Origin: Hormiphora californensis
Lineage: Eukaryota > Animalia > Ctenophora
DNA: 64,000 bases
Direction: 5' to 3'
NCBI GenBank assembly: GCA_020137815.1
Contig: CM035360.1
Span: forward strand, 2,356,001 to 2,420,000
The notes below the pieces were generated by a model, which worked only from the letters and a program-made list of their open reading frames with translations, was not told where the DNA came from and did no database searches. This document shows, one piece after another, positions 14,901 through 27,475 of the stretch (positions are counted from its first letter, which is position 1; every line of letters begins with the position of its first letter). Made by a program: the position numbers and the translations under genes.

Positions 14901-17900
14901 AATTTCAATTAGTTTTGGTATAATTTGCATCATTTTTGGAATTTTTTATCCATTTAGATGTAGTAGAACAGGTAAGGAGAGGATGGAATCGCGAATTTGC
15001 AAAATTTTCTTTTTTGACGTCATTTTGACGTCATCAAATGACGTCACGTCGTTATGACGTCATAATAATGACGTCATATCATCGGGATTACCTAGATGAA
15101 GATACTGACCAAGTTTGAGATCGTTTGGATGAGATTTGAGTCTGCTATGGCGAAAAAACCCATATCGTCATATCTATTTTTTAACAGTCATAACACTTTA
15201 GACGCGTTTTAAGACCCTTATACGTCTAGTTTTGAAAATTCGCGATATAGTTTCTGAAAGTTCAGACAATTCTCTTTCCATGATATAGCCTTCGATTTTC
15301 GATTAGAATCCGTCTTCAGGGCGTAAAATGAGCTCAAAGAATTTTAGTCAGAGTCTGAAAAATGACGACTTTAAGACGTTCTGTAGGACGTTCCTGGCGA
15401 TGAAAAGGGACCTCACATCGACTAATGCACACACATCCAGTAGATCTACCAGCTGTGAAAACGAGAAGTTTCTATCTCTTTTCGTTTGGCGTGAATATGG
15501 TTTATAAAAAGCGTCTCTCCTACGTGCGCGCGTGCGCGCGCGCGCGCATATGTGTTACACTGAATCTAGGGCAAATGGGACCTGTCTGTAACTTCAGTTC
15601 CAGATGAGATAGAGACTTGAAATTTTGAACTTAAATTAATGACCCCGAGCCGGGTATACATTCCAAATTTCAAGTCAAACGGATGAATGGGAGCCATGCT
15701 ATAGCCTTCTGAAATCTGGGTTTTCAGTCAAAACACCCATAAAACGTATAACTGCGTTTCTGGCGGCGCTTTGCTGTTTGGGGGAGGGGGAATGGCAACC
15801 TTTGCGCTTGCCAGCGCAGTGATAAAAACAATCGTCGTGTTTTACTAACACATTCTGAATATAGTAAAGCAGTGAGGTTGTCCATGCACAGAAGCAGAGC
15901 AATGCAAGTCAGCGTATTAAAAATTTAAAGAATGTGTTAGTAAAACACAAGGATTGTTTCTATCCTGTTTGATAAATATTGATCCAGCAGGAATTCCCCG
16001 AGAGTAACAAAAATATCTCAGTGATGGATGGGTCGATTTTGAGCGGCAAAAAGGCAAAATGCTCATAGAACTAATCTCTACTACCTCCTACAAACTTGTC
16101 CAATTCTGATTCTGTCCACTCTCACTTAAAAGTAACGATGAAAGTTCCAAAAACATCATACCATGTAGCGCTGGTTAGAATATTCACACTGGAGCAGGAC
16201 TTCCCTAGTCTCCGAGCCAGTTTCACAAACCCGCTTGAGAAATCCGTAGTGTTCTTTTATAGGGCACACGTCCAGCAAGGGTTGACTTGCTGTAGTGTTT
16301 TCACCTCGGTGTTCCTCGTTCAGTAGTGTGTTATCCGGGGCCGGGGGTAGAGATACTACATGAGATACCATCACCCACACGAGAAGAAGATGCATCTCAG
16401 CAATATAGTCCCTTCTTGCGAGATCAGATGGAAAACATATTGCACCAAAAAGATCAAGAATTCTACTTGATGGGATGATACCTTTGATCTCTCAGTAGAC
16501 CACATGTTGTAATCACGTGAGCTGTCACGTGAGATCACCAGCATGGCTTGATGGCAGCTTACAATACCCTGCAGTCTGCACATAAAATCATTCGTAACAA
16601 AACAAAGTTGTATCTATTTATATCTGTATGCAGACTGCGGCAGGGTGATGCTAATCCGGTTTTTGAACCGAACTTGTATGGTGGTGATATTTGGTTGTCA
16701 AACAACCGTTCTTGTAAGTAAGTTGCTTCACAAACAGGGAAAGAAAAGTCTAGGTTACTTACCTTGAGCGATGATACCGCAGTGCAATGACCCCGTTGTC
16801 AAGAAATCACTCCAATTTTTGGTAAAAAACACAAGAATTGTTTCTATCGCATATTTTCGAATGGAAATTTTTTCCTTTTTATGAGATTTTTGGGAAAAAT
16901 CCCAAAGATCTCAGATACCCTGAAAATCGCCAATGAGGCATGAGATTCTTGCGGCAGGCCCCCCCCCCCCCAATTTATTAAATTCCTCTCGGCATATTTC
17001 CAAACACACCACCCATATCGGGGGGGGGGGGGGGGGGCAAGGTTGTTGTAGGTATAGTAGTAGAGATTATTTCTCTGCACATTTTGCTTTTTCCCCGCTT
17101 CAAATTGACCCCTCCATCACGGAGATATATTTGTTGCAATGGGAGAATGACGTCACGCATCTATCTCTGTAGGCAGTACATCGAACATGGCCGGTCGCGC
17201 ACACATACAAAATACAAGTGATAAATGCGTGACCGGTGAAGTCATTCTCCCATTACAACAAATATATCTCCGTGATGGAGGGGTCAATTTTAAGCGAGAA
17301 AAGGGCAAAATGCTCAGAGAAATAATCTCTCCTACCTACAATAATCTTGTCCAATTCTGTTTCGGTCCACTCTTACTTTAAGGGGACTGGGTGTATTTTC
17401 GAAATTTAGTTTTTTCGCTAAATGGTCATTTTTGGCCAAATTTGGTAAATTTAAGATTCTTTTGGATAAAAAAAGCCAGTATTTTTGGGTAAATTTTGGG
17501 CGACGTAAGGTCTCTTAGGTAACCACTAACCACTAAATGTAATTGAATAAGTGGTCAATTTTGGGGGGGGGGGGGGCCTATTGAGTTTTAACCACTTCAG
17601 CAATTTTTAGGCATATATAAGTCCGAACCATTATCTTGAACCCCCCTATCACCAACTCCCCTGCTCTCCCAGGAAAGTTGCTCGGGTTCAGTGGTCGTGA
17701 GATGTTCACCTACAAACCTGAGCTCGCCACTGCTGACGATGATGAGGCTGATGACGTCATTGAGAGGGAGGTGGAGGAGGAGGAGGAGGGCGTGGAGGTT
17801 CATGAGTTGGAGGAACATGTCATCGATCTTGGAGGGGTAAGAAGGGGGGAGAGGGATTCTATTGTCACCCCTCTTAACACTAAAGTAAAGGGTGGGAACT

Positions 17901-19274
17901 ATTGTTACACCGCGGGGTTGTAGGCAGGTGAGTAGAACTTCGCTCCTAATAAAAGGCTGTAATAAAAGGCTGCAATAAAAGGCTGCAATAAAAGGCTGCA
18001 ATAAAAGGCTGCAAGGGATCACGTATCTAACCAGACTAAAGCGGGGGATAGACCGAATCGTCCTCCCCTAATAGTGTTTCGTATCACGTATCGGCTGTAG
18101 AGAGACCGAATCACCTTCCCCTAATTATAGTGACTCGTGTCACGTATCCAACTAGACCATAGGCGATAGAAAGACCGCGATAGAGAGCGAGTACGATTGA
18201 GAACTGAGAGAGTGAAAAATGGGTGAAAAATCAGAATCATGGTATGGTATCACGTACCATGGTATCCTCTAATGAAAAGCGGTTACCAATTGACAATGAG
18301 ACCTCATCGGTCCCGATACGTGATTCTCTACCGCTATGTATTCTCCATTAGTCTTTCCGTATCGATCCACGATTCAGTAGAGGTAGTCAGTAACTACTGA
18401 GAGTGTTGGTCTAATGAGGTAGGGTAGATCTATTGATTGAGCGTGTAGCACAATGACAGGTGAACCACCCAACCACTTGGTTCACCTATCATAGTACTAT
18501 GTGTGATTCCGCTCTACTGAATTGTGTACATTGGCGAATAACGGTAGAAAATCAGTAATCACGTATTGGCACCGATTAAGTCAAATTATAGGTAACCGCC
18601 TTTCATTTAATTAATTAGAGGATATCATGAAACGTGATACAATACTTGATTAGTCGTCCATGATTCGGATCTCTCACTCTCACCTCTCTAACTCTCTATC
18701 TCCGTCTATCTACCGCCTATGGTTTAGTTGGATACATGGCACGAATCACTATAATTAGGGGCGGGTGATTCGGTCTCTCTACCGCTTATGGTAGAGACCG
18801 ATACGTGAAACGAAACATTGTTAGGGGAGGACGATTCGGTCTCTCCTGCTTCGGTCTCTCCTGCTTTAGTCCAGTTGGATACGTGATCCATTGCAGCCTT
18901 TTATTGCAGCCTTTTATTGCAGCCTTTTATTGCAGCCTTTTATTGCAGCCTTTTATTAGGAGCGAAGTTCTACTCACCTGCCGGGTTGTATCGGGTGCCC
19001 CGGTATCATATAATATTATATTATATGACTTATATGTTGTGCCCTAGTCCCTATGAGGGGGTAAGAGCACCCTAGTCCCTAGTATCATGTAACATATTTG
19101 CAGGAGGACGAGATAGAAGACGAGGAGGAAGATACTCCAAAACCAGGCCCGGCCACCCCAGCAGCAGCTGAACCAGTCATTGAAACAGTCACTGCTATCG
19201 ATGAAAACTTGTTCCTTGAGGAGGATCTGGAAGATCTAGATATCGGGGATTCGGACGATTCGGATGATGATTGA
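4858..19274 (+). CDS. ZC3H15: Zinc finger CCCH domain-containing protein 15 (DFRP1/Tma46 family), 6 exons
   Basis: Exons 4858-4995, 5098-5176, 5437-5933, 6532-6634, 17673-17836, 19104-19274; all GT-AG with consistent phase. Motifs [64 protein letters not shown]. Confidence 0.95.
5991..6146 (+). mobile_element. 5'-truncated copy of the LINE 3' end with (ATT)n tail
   Basis: Near-identical (about 2 substitutions plus one extra T) to the reverse complement of 32321-32467. Flanked by tatatattgtata..tact-like direct repeats. Confidence 0.9.
7687..8053. mobile_element. Palindromic MITE, Kolobok-like
   Basis: TTAA|AGTGAGAGTGGAC...GTCCACTCCCACT|TTAA. A TTAA TSD with AG..CT termini is the Kolobok pattern. 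Relatives at 14556-16126 and ~17038-17377. Confidence 0.8.
8147..8962. mobile_element. MITE with TA TSD (Tc1/mariner-like) and an internal array of a palindromic motif
   Basis: TA|TGAGGGACCTGGTTCCATAATGGTATA...TATACCATTATGGAACCAGGTCCCTCA|TA, with about 10 copies of GGTATATCTGCAGATATACC-like motifs inside. Confidence 0.75.
9541..10270. repeat. Three ~163-bp tandem units followed by an ~80-bp inverted repeat ending in CTAG|T (possibly the 3' part of a rolling-circle-type element)
   Basis: Units start near 9541, 9704 and 9866. actagaccaaaaa...gcaccc (10008-10086) is inverted at ~10191-10270. Confidence 0.6.
10491..10592 (-). mobile_element. ~109-bp hAT-like MITE (one end degenerate)
   Basis: Reverse complement of the CAGGAACCGACCGAA...TTCGGTCGGTTCCTG element at 46486, 47216 and 48298. 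Confidence 0.85.
10713..10800 (+). mobile_element. tRNA-derived SINE, 5'-degenerate copy
   Basis: B box GGTTCAATTCC; body and T-rich tail shared with 45541-45640. Confidence 0.7.
11320..16395 (-). CDS. LDL-receptor class A repeat-containing rhodopsin-like GPCR (GRL101/LGR-like 7TM, no LRR), ~1113 aa, nested antisense in ZC3H15 intron 4
   Basis: Exons 16395-16162 (signal peptide [15 protein letters not shown]), 14497-14414 and 14343-11320; all phase 0, GT-AG. LDLa repeats (e.g. [28 protein letters not shown]). TM motifs [27 protein letters not shown]. Confidence 0.9.
14556..16126. mobile_element. Kolobok-like MITE (~135-bp TIRs) carrying a nested second element
   Basis: TTAA|AGTGAGAGTGGACAG...(14556-14694) is inverted at ~15988-16126. 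Interior ~14718-15600 is an inverted copy of the 1-868 element. Confidence 0.8.
17038..17377. mobile_element. Kolobok-like MITE copy, left end truncated
   Basis: Homologous to 7687-8053; right end GTCCACTCTTACT|TTAA. Confidence 0.75.
17923..18982. mobile_element. Non-autonomous DNA transposon, Merlin-like (GG termini, 8-bp TSD)
   Basis: TIR GGCAGGTGAGTAGAACTTCGCTCCTAATAAAAGGCTG, TSD GGGTTGTA on both sides, 13-bp subterminal repeats (AATAAAAGGCTGC)n, largely palindromic body. Confidence 0.85.
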
Positions 19275-19438
19275 TGATATCTTAATGGGGTGTTTTTACA
19301 GTTTTTTCAAAGTGGTTTTTAGCCGAGTGAGAGATACGCCTAGTTGTATAGGTACAAGGGTGTTGATTAGCAAGTTTTTAACCTGGACCCCTCAAAACTT
19401 CCACCTGGGACTGCCAAATCAAATGATGATGTGTATTA

Positions 19439-19620
<182 letters not shown>

Positions 19621-19650
19621 CACACACACTAACTATCTCTAGATAGAATA

Positions 19651-20787
19651 ATGCCCAAGGTTCGGCGAAGTAGAAAGCCCCCTCCTGATGGCTGGGAATT
19701 GATTGAGCCCACAATTGAAGAACTGGACGCCAAAATGAGGGAACACGAGGCTGAATCTCACGAGGGGAAACGAATTGTAAGTTAGAGCAAATAACAAGAG
19801 AGATAGCAAGAAGTATTTTATATCCATTATCCCTTTCCCTATAGTGCTCAGTTCCCTAGTGCTCAGTTCCCTAGAACTCAGTTATCCGATCATCCAACTG
19901 TCTACTAGGGTTCTGCGTCACAATCTTTTGCCTATTTAACTATTAAATATTAGAGCGTTCCATAAAGAATTTCGTGTCCCGATATTTTCAAAAGTACTCA
20001 AGATATTCACATAGACTCTTTTCTAGCTTGTTAGTTATGCTCTTGACTACTCACAACAGTAATTATTTTGAAATTTTTGATCATGGGTGGCTCTCGGCGA
20101 ACCCGGAAATGAATATAACTCAAATTGCCGCTGAACGGGAAAAACGCGCATAACTTACTGAAACTGTTGTACTTCTCAAAATTGGTTCTAAGGGAATCGC
20201 CCACGAACAAGTTAAAACTAGGTAGAAGTCGGGACACGAAATTCTTTATGGAACGACCTAATATTACGATACAACATCGATATCTTGTTATGTTCTAACC
20301 CTCGAGCAAGGCAAATCAATTCAATTCAAAACTTCAACTACTCCATCTTTTTTCGTTTTTCTCTCTCTAACCACACTCTAATTCCAGGTCGAGGCAGTTT
20401 GGCCGATATTCAAAGTTCACCACCAGAAATCCCGGTACATATACGATCTGTACTATAAGAGGAAGGCCATTAGCCGAGAATTGTATGACTACTGTATCAA
20501 GGAGAAGATTGCTGATGCGAGTCTGATTGCAAAGTGGAAAAAGGATGGTTACGAGAGGTTGTGTTGTTTGCGGTGTATTCAGGTATGTTAAAACAGTTCT
20601 CTAATTATTGATAATTTCTTCTAATTATTACCAATTATCATCAATTATCATATTGTTTCCTATCCTAATCCAGGTGAAAGATACAAATTTCGGAACAAAT
20701 TGTATCTGTCGGGTACCGCGGGAGAAGCTTGAAGAGATGAAGATTGTTGAGTGTGTACATTGTGGCTGTAGGGGCTGCTCCGGTTAG
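19651..20787 (+). CDS. BUD31: BUD31 (G10) spliceosomal protein, 144 aa, 3 exons
   Basis: Exons 19651-19776, 20388-20582, 20674-20787. [21 protein letters not shown]...[13 protein letters not shown]...LCCLRCIQ...CICRVP...[12 protein letters not shown]. Confidence 0.97.
19953..20258. mobile_element. MITE in BUD31 intron 1
   Basis: ~30-bp TIR cgttccataaagaatttcgtgtcccga / tcgggacacgaaattctttatggaacg, with TA flanks. Confidence 0.75.
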
Positions 20788-21856
20788 ACGAAGAGAAAAC
20801 ACCAGAAAACATTCAGAAAACATTCACCCCAGAGAGGGACACATGGGTGTGAACTTGGCCCCGTGTGAGGCACACTATTTTACCAAAACTTTGCGTAACG
20901 CGCGAAGTCTGCAGTGAGTTTAAAGTTGTTCTGTAGGCAGTGGTACTGCGCGTTCACACACATCTCGCTTTTCAACAGTTGCCTCCGTAAATTCGAGTTG
21001 GTCAGTTGGGCGTATAATAGGATGTGTGACTCACACTGTGAGGAAAGGAAACAGAGAGAGAAATATAGTGAGAGAGAGAGAGAGAGAGTGTGTGTGTATG
21101 TTTTACTTTTTACCCATCAGCTGAAACAATTGATTTAAAAACACACTTCCCCTGTGCAGTAGCAGTTATGTAAGAGTAGTAGTGTGTGTTTATTTGTTAT
21201 ACACTTGTTATTTCTAACACATCTGACACTACACTCATATTCCCTGAGTTTATTCATTTCAAGTTATTTCCACCGTTTGTGGCTCTAGATTATTATAGTG
21301 TACCAAATTCTGCCGTCTGATAGAACGATACCCCCTGATATAGTTGCCTGTATAACAACGCGTTTTACAACGTAAAATACAGGTACCACATGACATACAA
21401 TGAATCATCCCCTTTAGTTGACATTAAGCTTAACGTAATGCTAGACACGTAATGCTAGACAGGTTTCTCTCTAAACGTTTCTCCCTAAACGTTTCTCCCT
21501 CTACCATATTGTCATGTTGACGTCCCCCTCCCTCCGACAGACAACAAACTATTAAACAAGATAAAGAGCAGTTTATAACTACTTCACATGTTCTCTTAGT
21601 TCAATCTGATCGGTATTTTATTTATCCCCAACTACCCACTCCTTCCCTTTTAGTTGACAGACAATGAAGGATTCCACAAAATAAATAGCATTCCACCCTT
21701 TAAGTTTCAACCTGTCCAGATACTCACCGAAACAACCCTTTAGTTGACAGCATTTCCCCCTAGCAAAAGAACCTTTTAGTTTCCACTTGTCGGTATATTT
21801 ATTATACCACGGAATCCCCGTTATTCTCTAAATCCCCTCTAAATCGTTATTTAGCA

Positions 21857-24800
21857 ATGCAGAATCCCAACGAAGACACAGAGTGGAATGATGTTCTCAG
21901 GAAGAAAGGAATCATCCCTCAGAAGGTAGTAGACATTTCTAGGAACATATATCTAACCCCTACCCTATGTCTCAATAACACTCCTTGTTGCGTGGTGTTA
22001 ATCCTACTCGCTAAGTCACGAAGTTCTAAAACTCCAGTTCCACTTCCCTCCTCCTGACTTGTTGAACCTCCCACCTCCTAGACGAGCCCGAGTTCCCCCT
22101 CTCCCCTTGGTGACCCAGTCACCCCTCCACTACCAGCCTCAAAACCACGGCATCACCAACCTCTCCCCAAAAAATCACGGAAATGTTACTAAATCCCCCC
22201 AGGCGAAAGAGGAGCCCGAATTCACGGAGGAAATGATCCAGGAAATGATGGACGATGCAATTAGGAAACAAATGGGCGGTAAGAAACCTGAAGAGATGGA
22301 TCTACATGAGCTGAGCGATCTCGAGGATGAGGAGGATGAGGAATTTCTTGCACAACTCAGGTAGGAGAGAGAGGGGCTGGGGTGATGGTAGTAACTACCA
22401 GGTACATAGTTGCACAACTCAGGTAGGAGAGAGAGGGGCTGGGATGATGGTAGTAACTACCAGGTACATAGTTGTTAATACAACTCAGGTAGAAGGGAGG
22501 GGCTGGGGTGATGGTAGTTGTTAATACAACTCAGGTAGAAGAGAGGGGCTGGGGTGATGGTGGGATAGGGAGCTGCCGACCCTCGTTAGAGTCGCAAGTG
22601 AGAGGTCAAAGTTATAACTTGTTAGAAAGGCTGGGGGTCATGGTTAGTGCCGACCCCTAGGGCCCTGAGATCTGGTTTATAATTTTAAATTTTTTGGTTT
22701 GTACCAGTCCTCTGACTAATTATTAATTAATTAATTATCCCCTCCAGGGAGAAGAGGATGGCGGAGATGAGAGCCGCTGCTGCACTGGCTAAGTTTGGAT
22801 CCGTTCTGGAGATAAGTGGTCAGGATTATATTCAAGAGGTTAACAAGGCTGGAGATGGTATCTGGGTGGTACTACACCTCTACAAACAGGGGTAATTACT
22901 AATTTTTGTATCTCACACTGCATCTTTACAAACAGGGGTAGGTGTGTCTTCAACTAATCCTGAATTCACATTTGAGTTCATCTTGCCTAGGTTAAAGAAT
23001 TTGAGGCTAATTATCTAATCCTTGCCCCCTAGCAGTAAAATTCCCATTTTGTTTGAGGCACAGGCTAGTTATGCCCATCTAGTTATCTAATCCAGTAAAT
23101 TTGCTATTTTAGGATCTAGATGCACTACATGCTACATAACCTCTAACTAACCCCTCTACCCGTCCCTCCTAAACTCACTTTAACTCATTAACCCCCCCCC
23201 CCAATAAACTCACTGTGAGCCCACCACCCCCAGAATTCCATAACTCTAACTTTAACCCGATAAAATCACTCCCAGGATACCACTATGTGCTCACTGTGAC
23301 CCCCCCCCCCCCCAGAATTCCATAACTCTAAATTCACTCCCAGGATACCACTATGTGCCCTGTTGAACCAGCACATGCAGCTGCTAGCTAGCAAGTTCCC
23401 TGCCACCAAGTTCATCAAGAGCATCAGTACTACATGTGTCCCAAACTTCCCTGATAAGGTTTGTTATGTTATAAACCTCCTTTACATTGCCTGCAGTTTA
23501 TATGGTAGGCGGGATTATTAACCTCCCTCTGTTTATAGATCCGTCTTTGTGGCCGGCCCCACGTGAAGTCACTTCACCTCGTGCGCAGGGTTTATATGAT
23601 ACTAGAAAGCCCATTGAACACCCCCCACCCGTCTCTATGTCTCTCTCCCCCTCTTACTCTTCGTCTCTCCATGTCGGGGTAAAGAATACGTAGGTTGGTA
23701 GTGGTAGAGCGCTGGTGATAAACATCAAGGGAAATCCCGCTGAATAACATGTAGAATCAGATGATAAAGATCCGTAGAATTGTAGCTGTGTAGAGAATCA
23801 ACGGGGTACGTAGGTAGAAAGGCTTTGGCAATCATGGCGGCCCCAGCAGTAGATCCCAAAACACCACAGGAACAACACGCAACAAACAACCAAAAACATG
23901 CACGTGCAGTATCCCCCTCCCAGGGCACCTCCTTGGCAACCCCCACCATTTGCACGTGATGATAGGACATCTTCATCATCACCACGCCACGCATTTGCAT
24001 ATTATAATAAGGACTAGAAAGCCCATTGTTAAGTCCTACAACAACCCCCCCCCACCCGTCTCTATGTCTCTCTCCCCCTCTCACTCTTCGTCTCTTCATG
24101 TCGGGTTAAAGAATGCGGAGGTTTATAGTGGTAGAGCGCCGGTGATAAACATCAAGGGAAATCCCGCTGAATAACATGTAGAATCAGGTGATAAAGATCC
24201 GTAGAATTGTAGCTGTGTAGAGAATCAACGGGGTACGTATATAGAATGGCTTTGGCAATCATGGCGGCCCCAGAAGTAGATCCCAAAACACCACAGGAAA
24301 ACACAGGAACACGCAACAAACAACCAAAAACATGCACGTGCAGTATCCCCTCACAACTACCCATACCCCTCCCAGGGCACCTCCCTGGCAACCCCCTCCA
24401 TTTGCACGTGATGATACTACATCATACTCATCACGCCACTCATTTGTACTTTATAATATAGACTAGAAAGCCCATTGAAGTCCTAAAACACCCCCCCCCC
24501 CCGTCTCTATGCCCCCCCCCCCCTCTTACTCTTCATCTCTCCATGTCGGGGTAAAGAATACGGAGGTTAGTACTTGTAGAGCGATGGTGATAAACATCAA
24601 GGGAAATCCCGCTGAATAACATGTAGAATCAGGCGATAAAGATCCGTAGAATTGTAGCTGTGTAGAGAATCAACGGGGTACGTAGGTAGAAAGGCTTTGG
24701 CGATCATGGAGGTCCCATCAGTAGATCCCAAAGCACCACAGGAACAACACAGGAACACGCAATAAACAACAAACAACATGCACGTGCAGTATCCCACCTC

Positions 24801-25669
24801 CAATACCCCTCCCAAGCCGCCTCCTTGGCAACCCCCCACCATTTGCACGTGGGATACTCCATCACTACTCCTCATCACGCCACGCATTTGCTTATTATAA
24901 TAAGGACTAGAAAGCCCATTGAGATCCCACAACAGCCCCCCCACCCGTCTCTATGTCTCTCTCCCCCTCTCACTCTTTGTCTCTCCATGTTGGGGTAAAG
25001 AATACGGAGGTTGGTAGTGGTAGAGCGCTGGTGATAAACATCAAGGGAAATCCCGCTGAATAAAATGTAGATCCGTAGAATTGTAGCTGTGTAGAGAATC
25101 AACGGGGTACGTAGGTAGAAAGGCTTTGGCAATCATGGGGGCCCAGCAGTAGATTCCAAAACACCACAGGAACAACACAGGAACACGCAACAAACAACGA
25201 ACAACATGCACGTGCAGTATCCCCCCACAACCTCCAATACCCCTCCCAAGCCACCTCCTTGACAACCCCCTCTATTTGCACGTGTGGATACTCCATCATA
25301 CTCCTCATCACGACGTTCATTTGTACTTTATAATAAGGACTAGAGAGCCCAGGCAAAAGACCCAAAACTCCTCTCGCCCCCTACTGAATCCTCCCACCCC
25401 TATCGAATCCTCTCAATATCTATTGACTGCTCTCGTCCCATATTATTCAGCACCCTCCCTCCCCCGCCCCCGGGCTATGTTGACCAACTCACACCATAAT
25501 CCCCTTACAGCCAGTTGGAGTCCTACAACAACCCCCCCCCCCCCCCCGGTCTCTATGTCTCTCTCTCCCCCTCTCCGTCTCCGTCTCTTTCCCTGTCCCT
25601 CTCCAATGGATAGTCTCCATCTATCCCCTTCTCTCTTTATCCCTCTAACCCCATCATTCCCTCCCCCCC

Positions 25670-25700
<31 letters not shown>

Positions 25701-26442
25701 TATCTCTATCTCTATCTCTCTCTATCTCCCTCTTTCTCTCTCTCTCTCTCTCCCCCTCATATCGGGCTGGTGAATATAATGGAAGCTGGAATCAGGTGAT
25801 AAAAATCTGTAGAACTGGAGCTGTGTAGAGTTATTAAAGCTGGGATACGTTGGTAGAAAATCTTTGGCATTCATCGGGGCCGCAGCAGTAGATGGCCAAA
25901 CACCACAAAACACCACAGGAACACGCAATACAACACCCAACAACATGCACGTGCAGTATTAACACTCTTGCCCACCATCATGGCAACTCCCCAAACCCCA
26001 CCAACCATCCCTAACAACACGCCAATTTTCCACGTGCAAACCATAAAAAACCCCTCCCCCAAATTTTGTCTTGCACTGTTCTCTGCTTTATAATATAGAC
26101 TAGAGAGCCCAGGCAAAAGACCCAAAACTCCTCTCGCCCCCTACTGAATCCTCCCACCCCTATCGAATCCTCTCAATATCTATTGACTGCTCTCGTCCCA
26201 TATTATTCAGCACCCTCCCTCCCCCGCCCCCGGGCTATGTTGACCAACTCACCCCATAATCCCCTTACAGCCAGTTGGAGTCCTACAACAACCCCCCCCC
26301 CCCCCGGTCTCTATGTCTCTCTCTCCCCCTCTCCGTCTCCGTCTCTTTCCCTGTCCCCTCTCCAATGGATAGTCTCCATCTATCCCCTTCTCTCTTTATC
26401 CCTCTAACCCCATCATTCCCTCCCCCCCTCTCTATCTCTCTC

Positions 26443-26479
<37 letters not shown>

Positions 26480-27475
26480 ATCTCTCTCTCTCTCTCTCTC
26501 TCCCTCTTTCTCTCTCTCTCTCCCCCTCATATCGGGCTGGTGAATATAATGGAAGCTGGAATCAGGTGATAAAGATCCGTAGAACTGGAGCTGTGTAGAG
26601 TTATTAAAGCTGGGATACGTTGGTAGAAAAGCTGTGGCATTCATCGGGGCCGCAGCAGTAGATGGCCAAGCACCACAAAACACGACAGGAACACGCAATA
26701 AAACACCCAACAACATGCACGTGCAGTATTAAACTCTTGCCCACCATCATGGCAACTCCCCAAACCCCACCAACCTATCCCTAACAACACGCCAATTTTC
26801 CACGTGCAAACCATAAAAACCCCCTCCCCCAAATTTTGTCTTGCACTGTTCTCTGCTTTATAATATAGGATATGGGATTACTATAAACCCCCCTCTAAGA
26901 ATGGGCGTTTCTAGAAGATTCTAAGATTGAAACTTTATTTCCTCGCTATTTAACTTTTCTCTCCCTGATTCAGAACCTTCCCACGTTTTTCGTTTATAAA
27001 GAGGGTGAAATGAAGAGCCAAATTATTGGAGCCGTAAACTTCGGCGGAATGAATTGTACAGCAGATGGTAAGAGAGGCGAGGCGAGGGGAGAAACTTCTA
27101 GAAGAGAGGGGGCGAGAATTACCTGGCTAAATGCCATCCGCGTTTCACTTCCCCACCTTGCTAAATGCAATAATAGACGCCAGACGGTTCTATAAAACCA
27201 ACCAAACAACTATTATAGGAGACTCACATATGATTATTGAGTCACCCTAATAATCCAGGGTACTTTTCAAACCCCTAACTACCCCTAACCACACTCCTAA
27301 CAACCCTTCTAACAACCCTAACCACCTCCTAACAGACCTGGAATGGAAACTAAAGAATATCGGAGCAGTGGCCTCCAAACTGGAGCGAGATCCCCGAGAG
27401 AAGCACTTCATTCCCGATGCCATGACGTCAGCTATCAGACAGGCCAACATCCATAACGATAGTGATAGCGATTAG
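21857..27475 (+). CDS. PDCL3: Phosducin-like protein 3 (VIAF/PhLP2), 6 exons
   Basis: Exons 21857-21925, 22203-22360, 22748-22891, 23344-23458, 26974-27067, 27336-27475. [73 protein letters not shown]. Confidence 0.95.
23602..26870 (-). mobile_element. Head-to-tail array of six non-autonomous Helitron-like units in PDCL3 intron 4
   Basis: Minus strand: begins A|TCCTATATTATAAAG (26870), ends GGGCTTTCTAG|T (23602), and every internal junction is CTAG|TC. Units 23602-24013, 24014-24462, 24463-24906, 24907-25339, 25340-26099, 26100-26870. No TSD. Confidence 0.75.

Noticed and set aside
23725-26832. Array of small secreted-peptide genes ([24 protein letters not shown]..., [12 protein letters not shown]...)
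   Set aside because: The reading frame is not conserved between units (indels of 1, 4 and 10 nt), and the TC...CTAG boundaries explain the array as Helitron-like.
23602-26870. CRISPR-like or SL-RNA gene array
   Set aside because: Eukaryotic context, no repeat-spacer alternation, and no leader-GT donor-Sm site arrangement that I can recognise.
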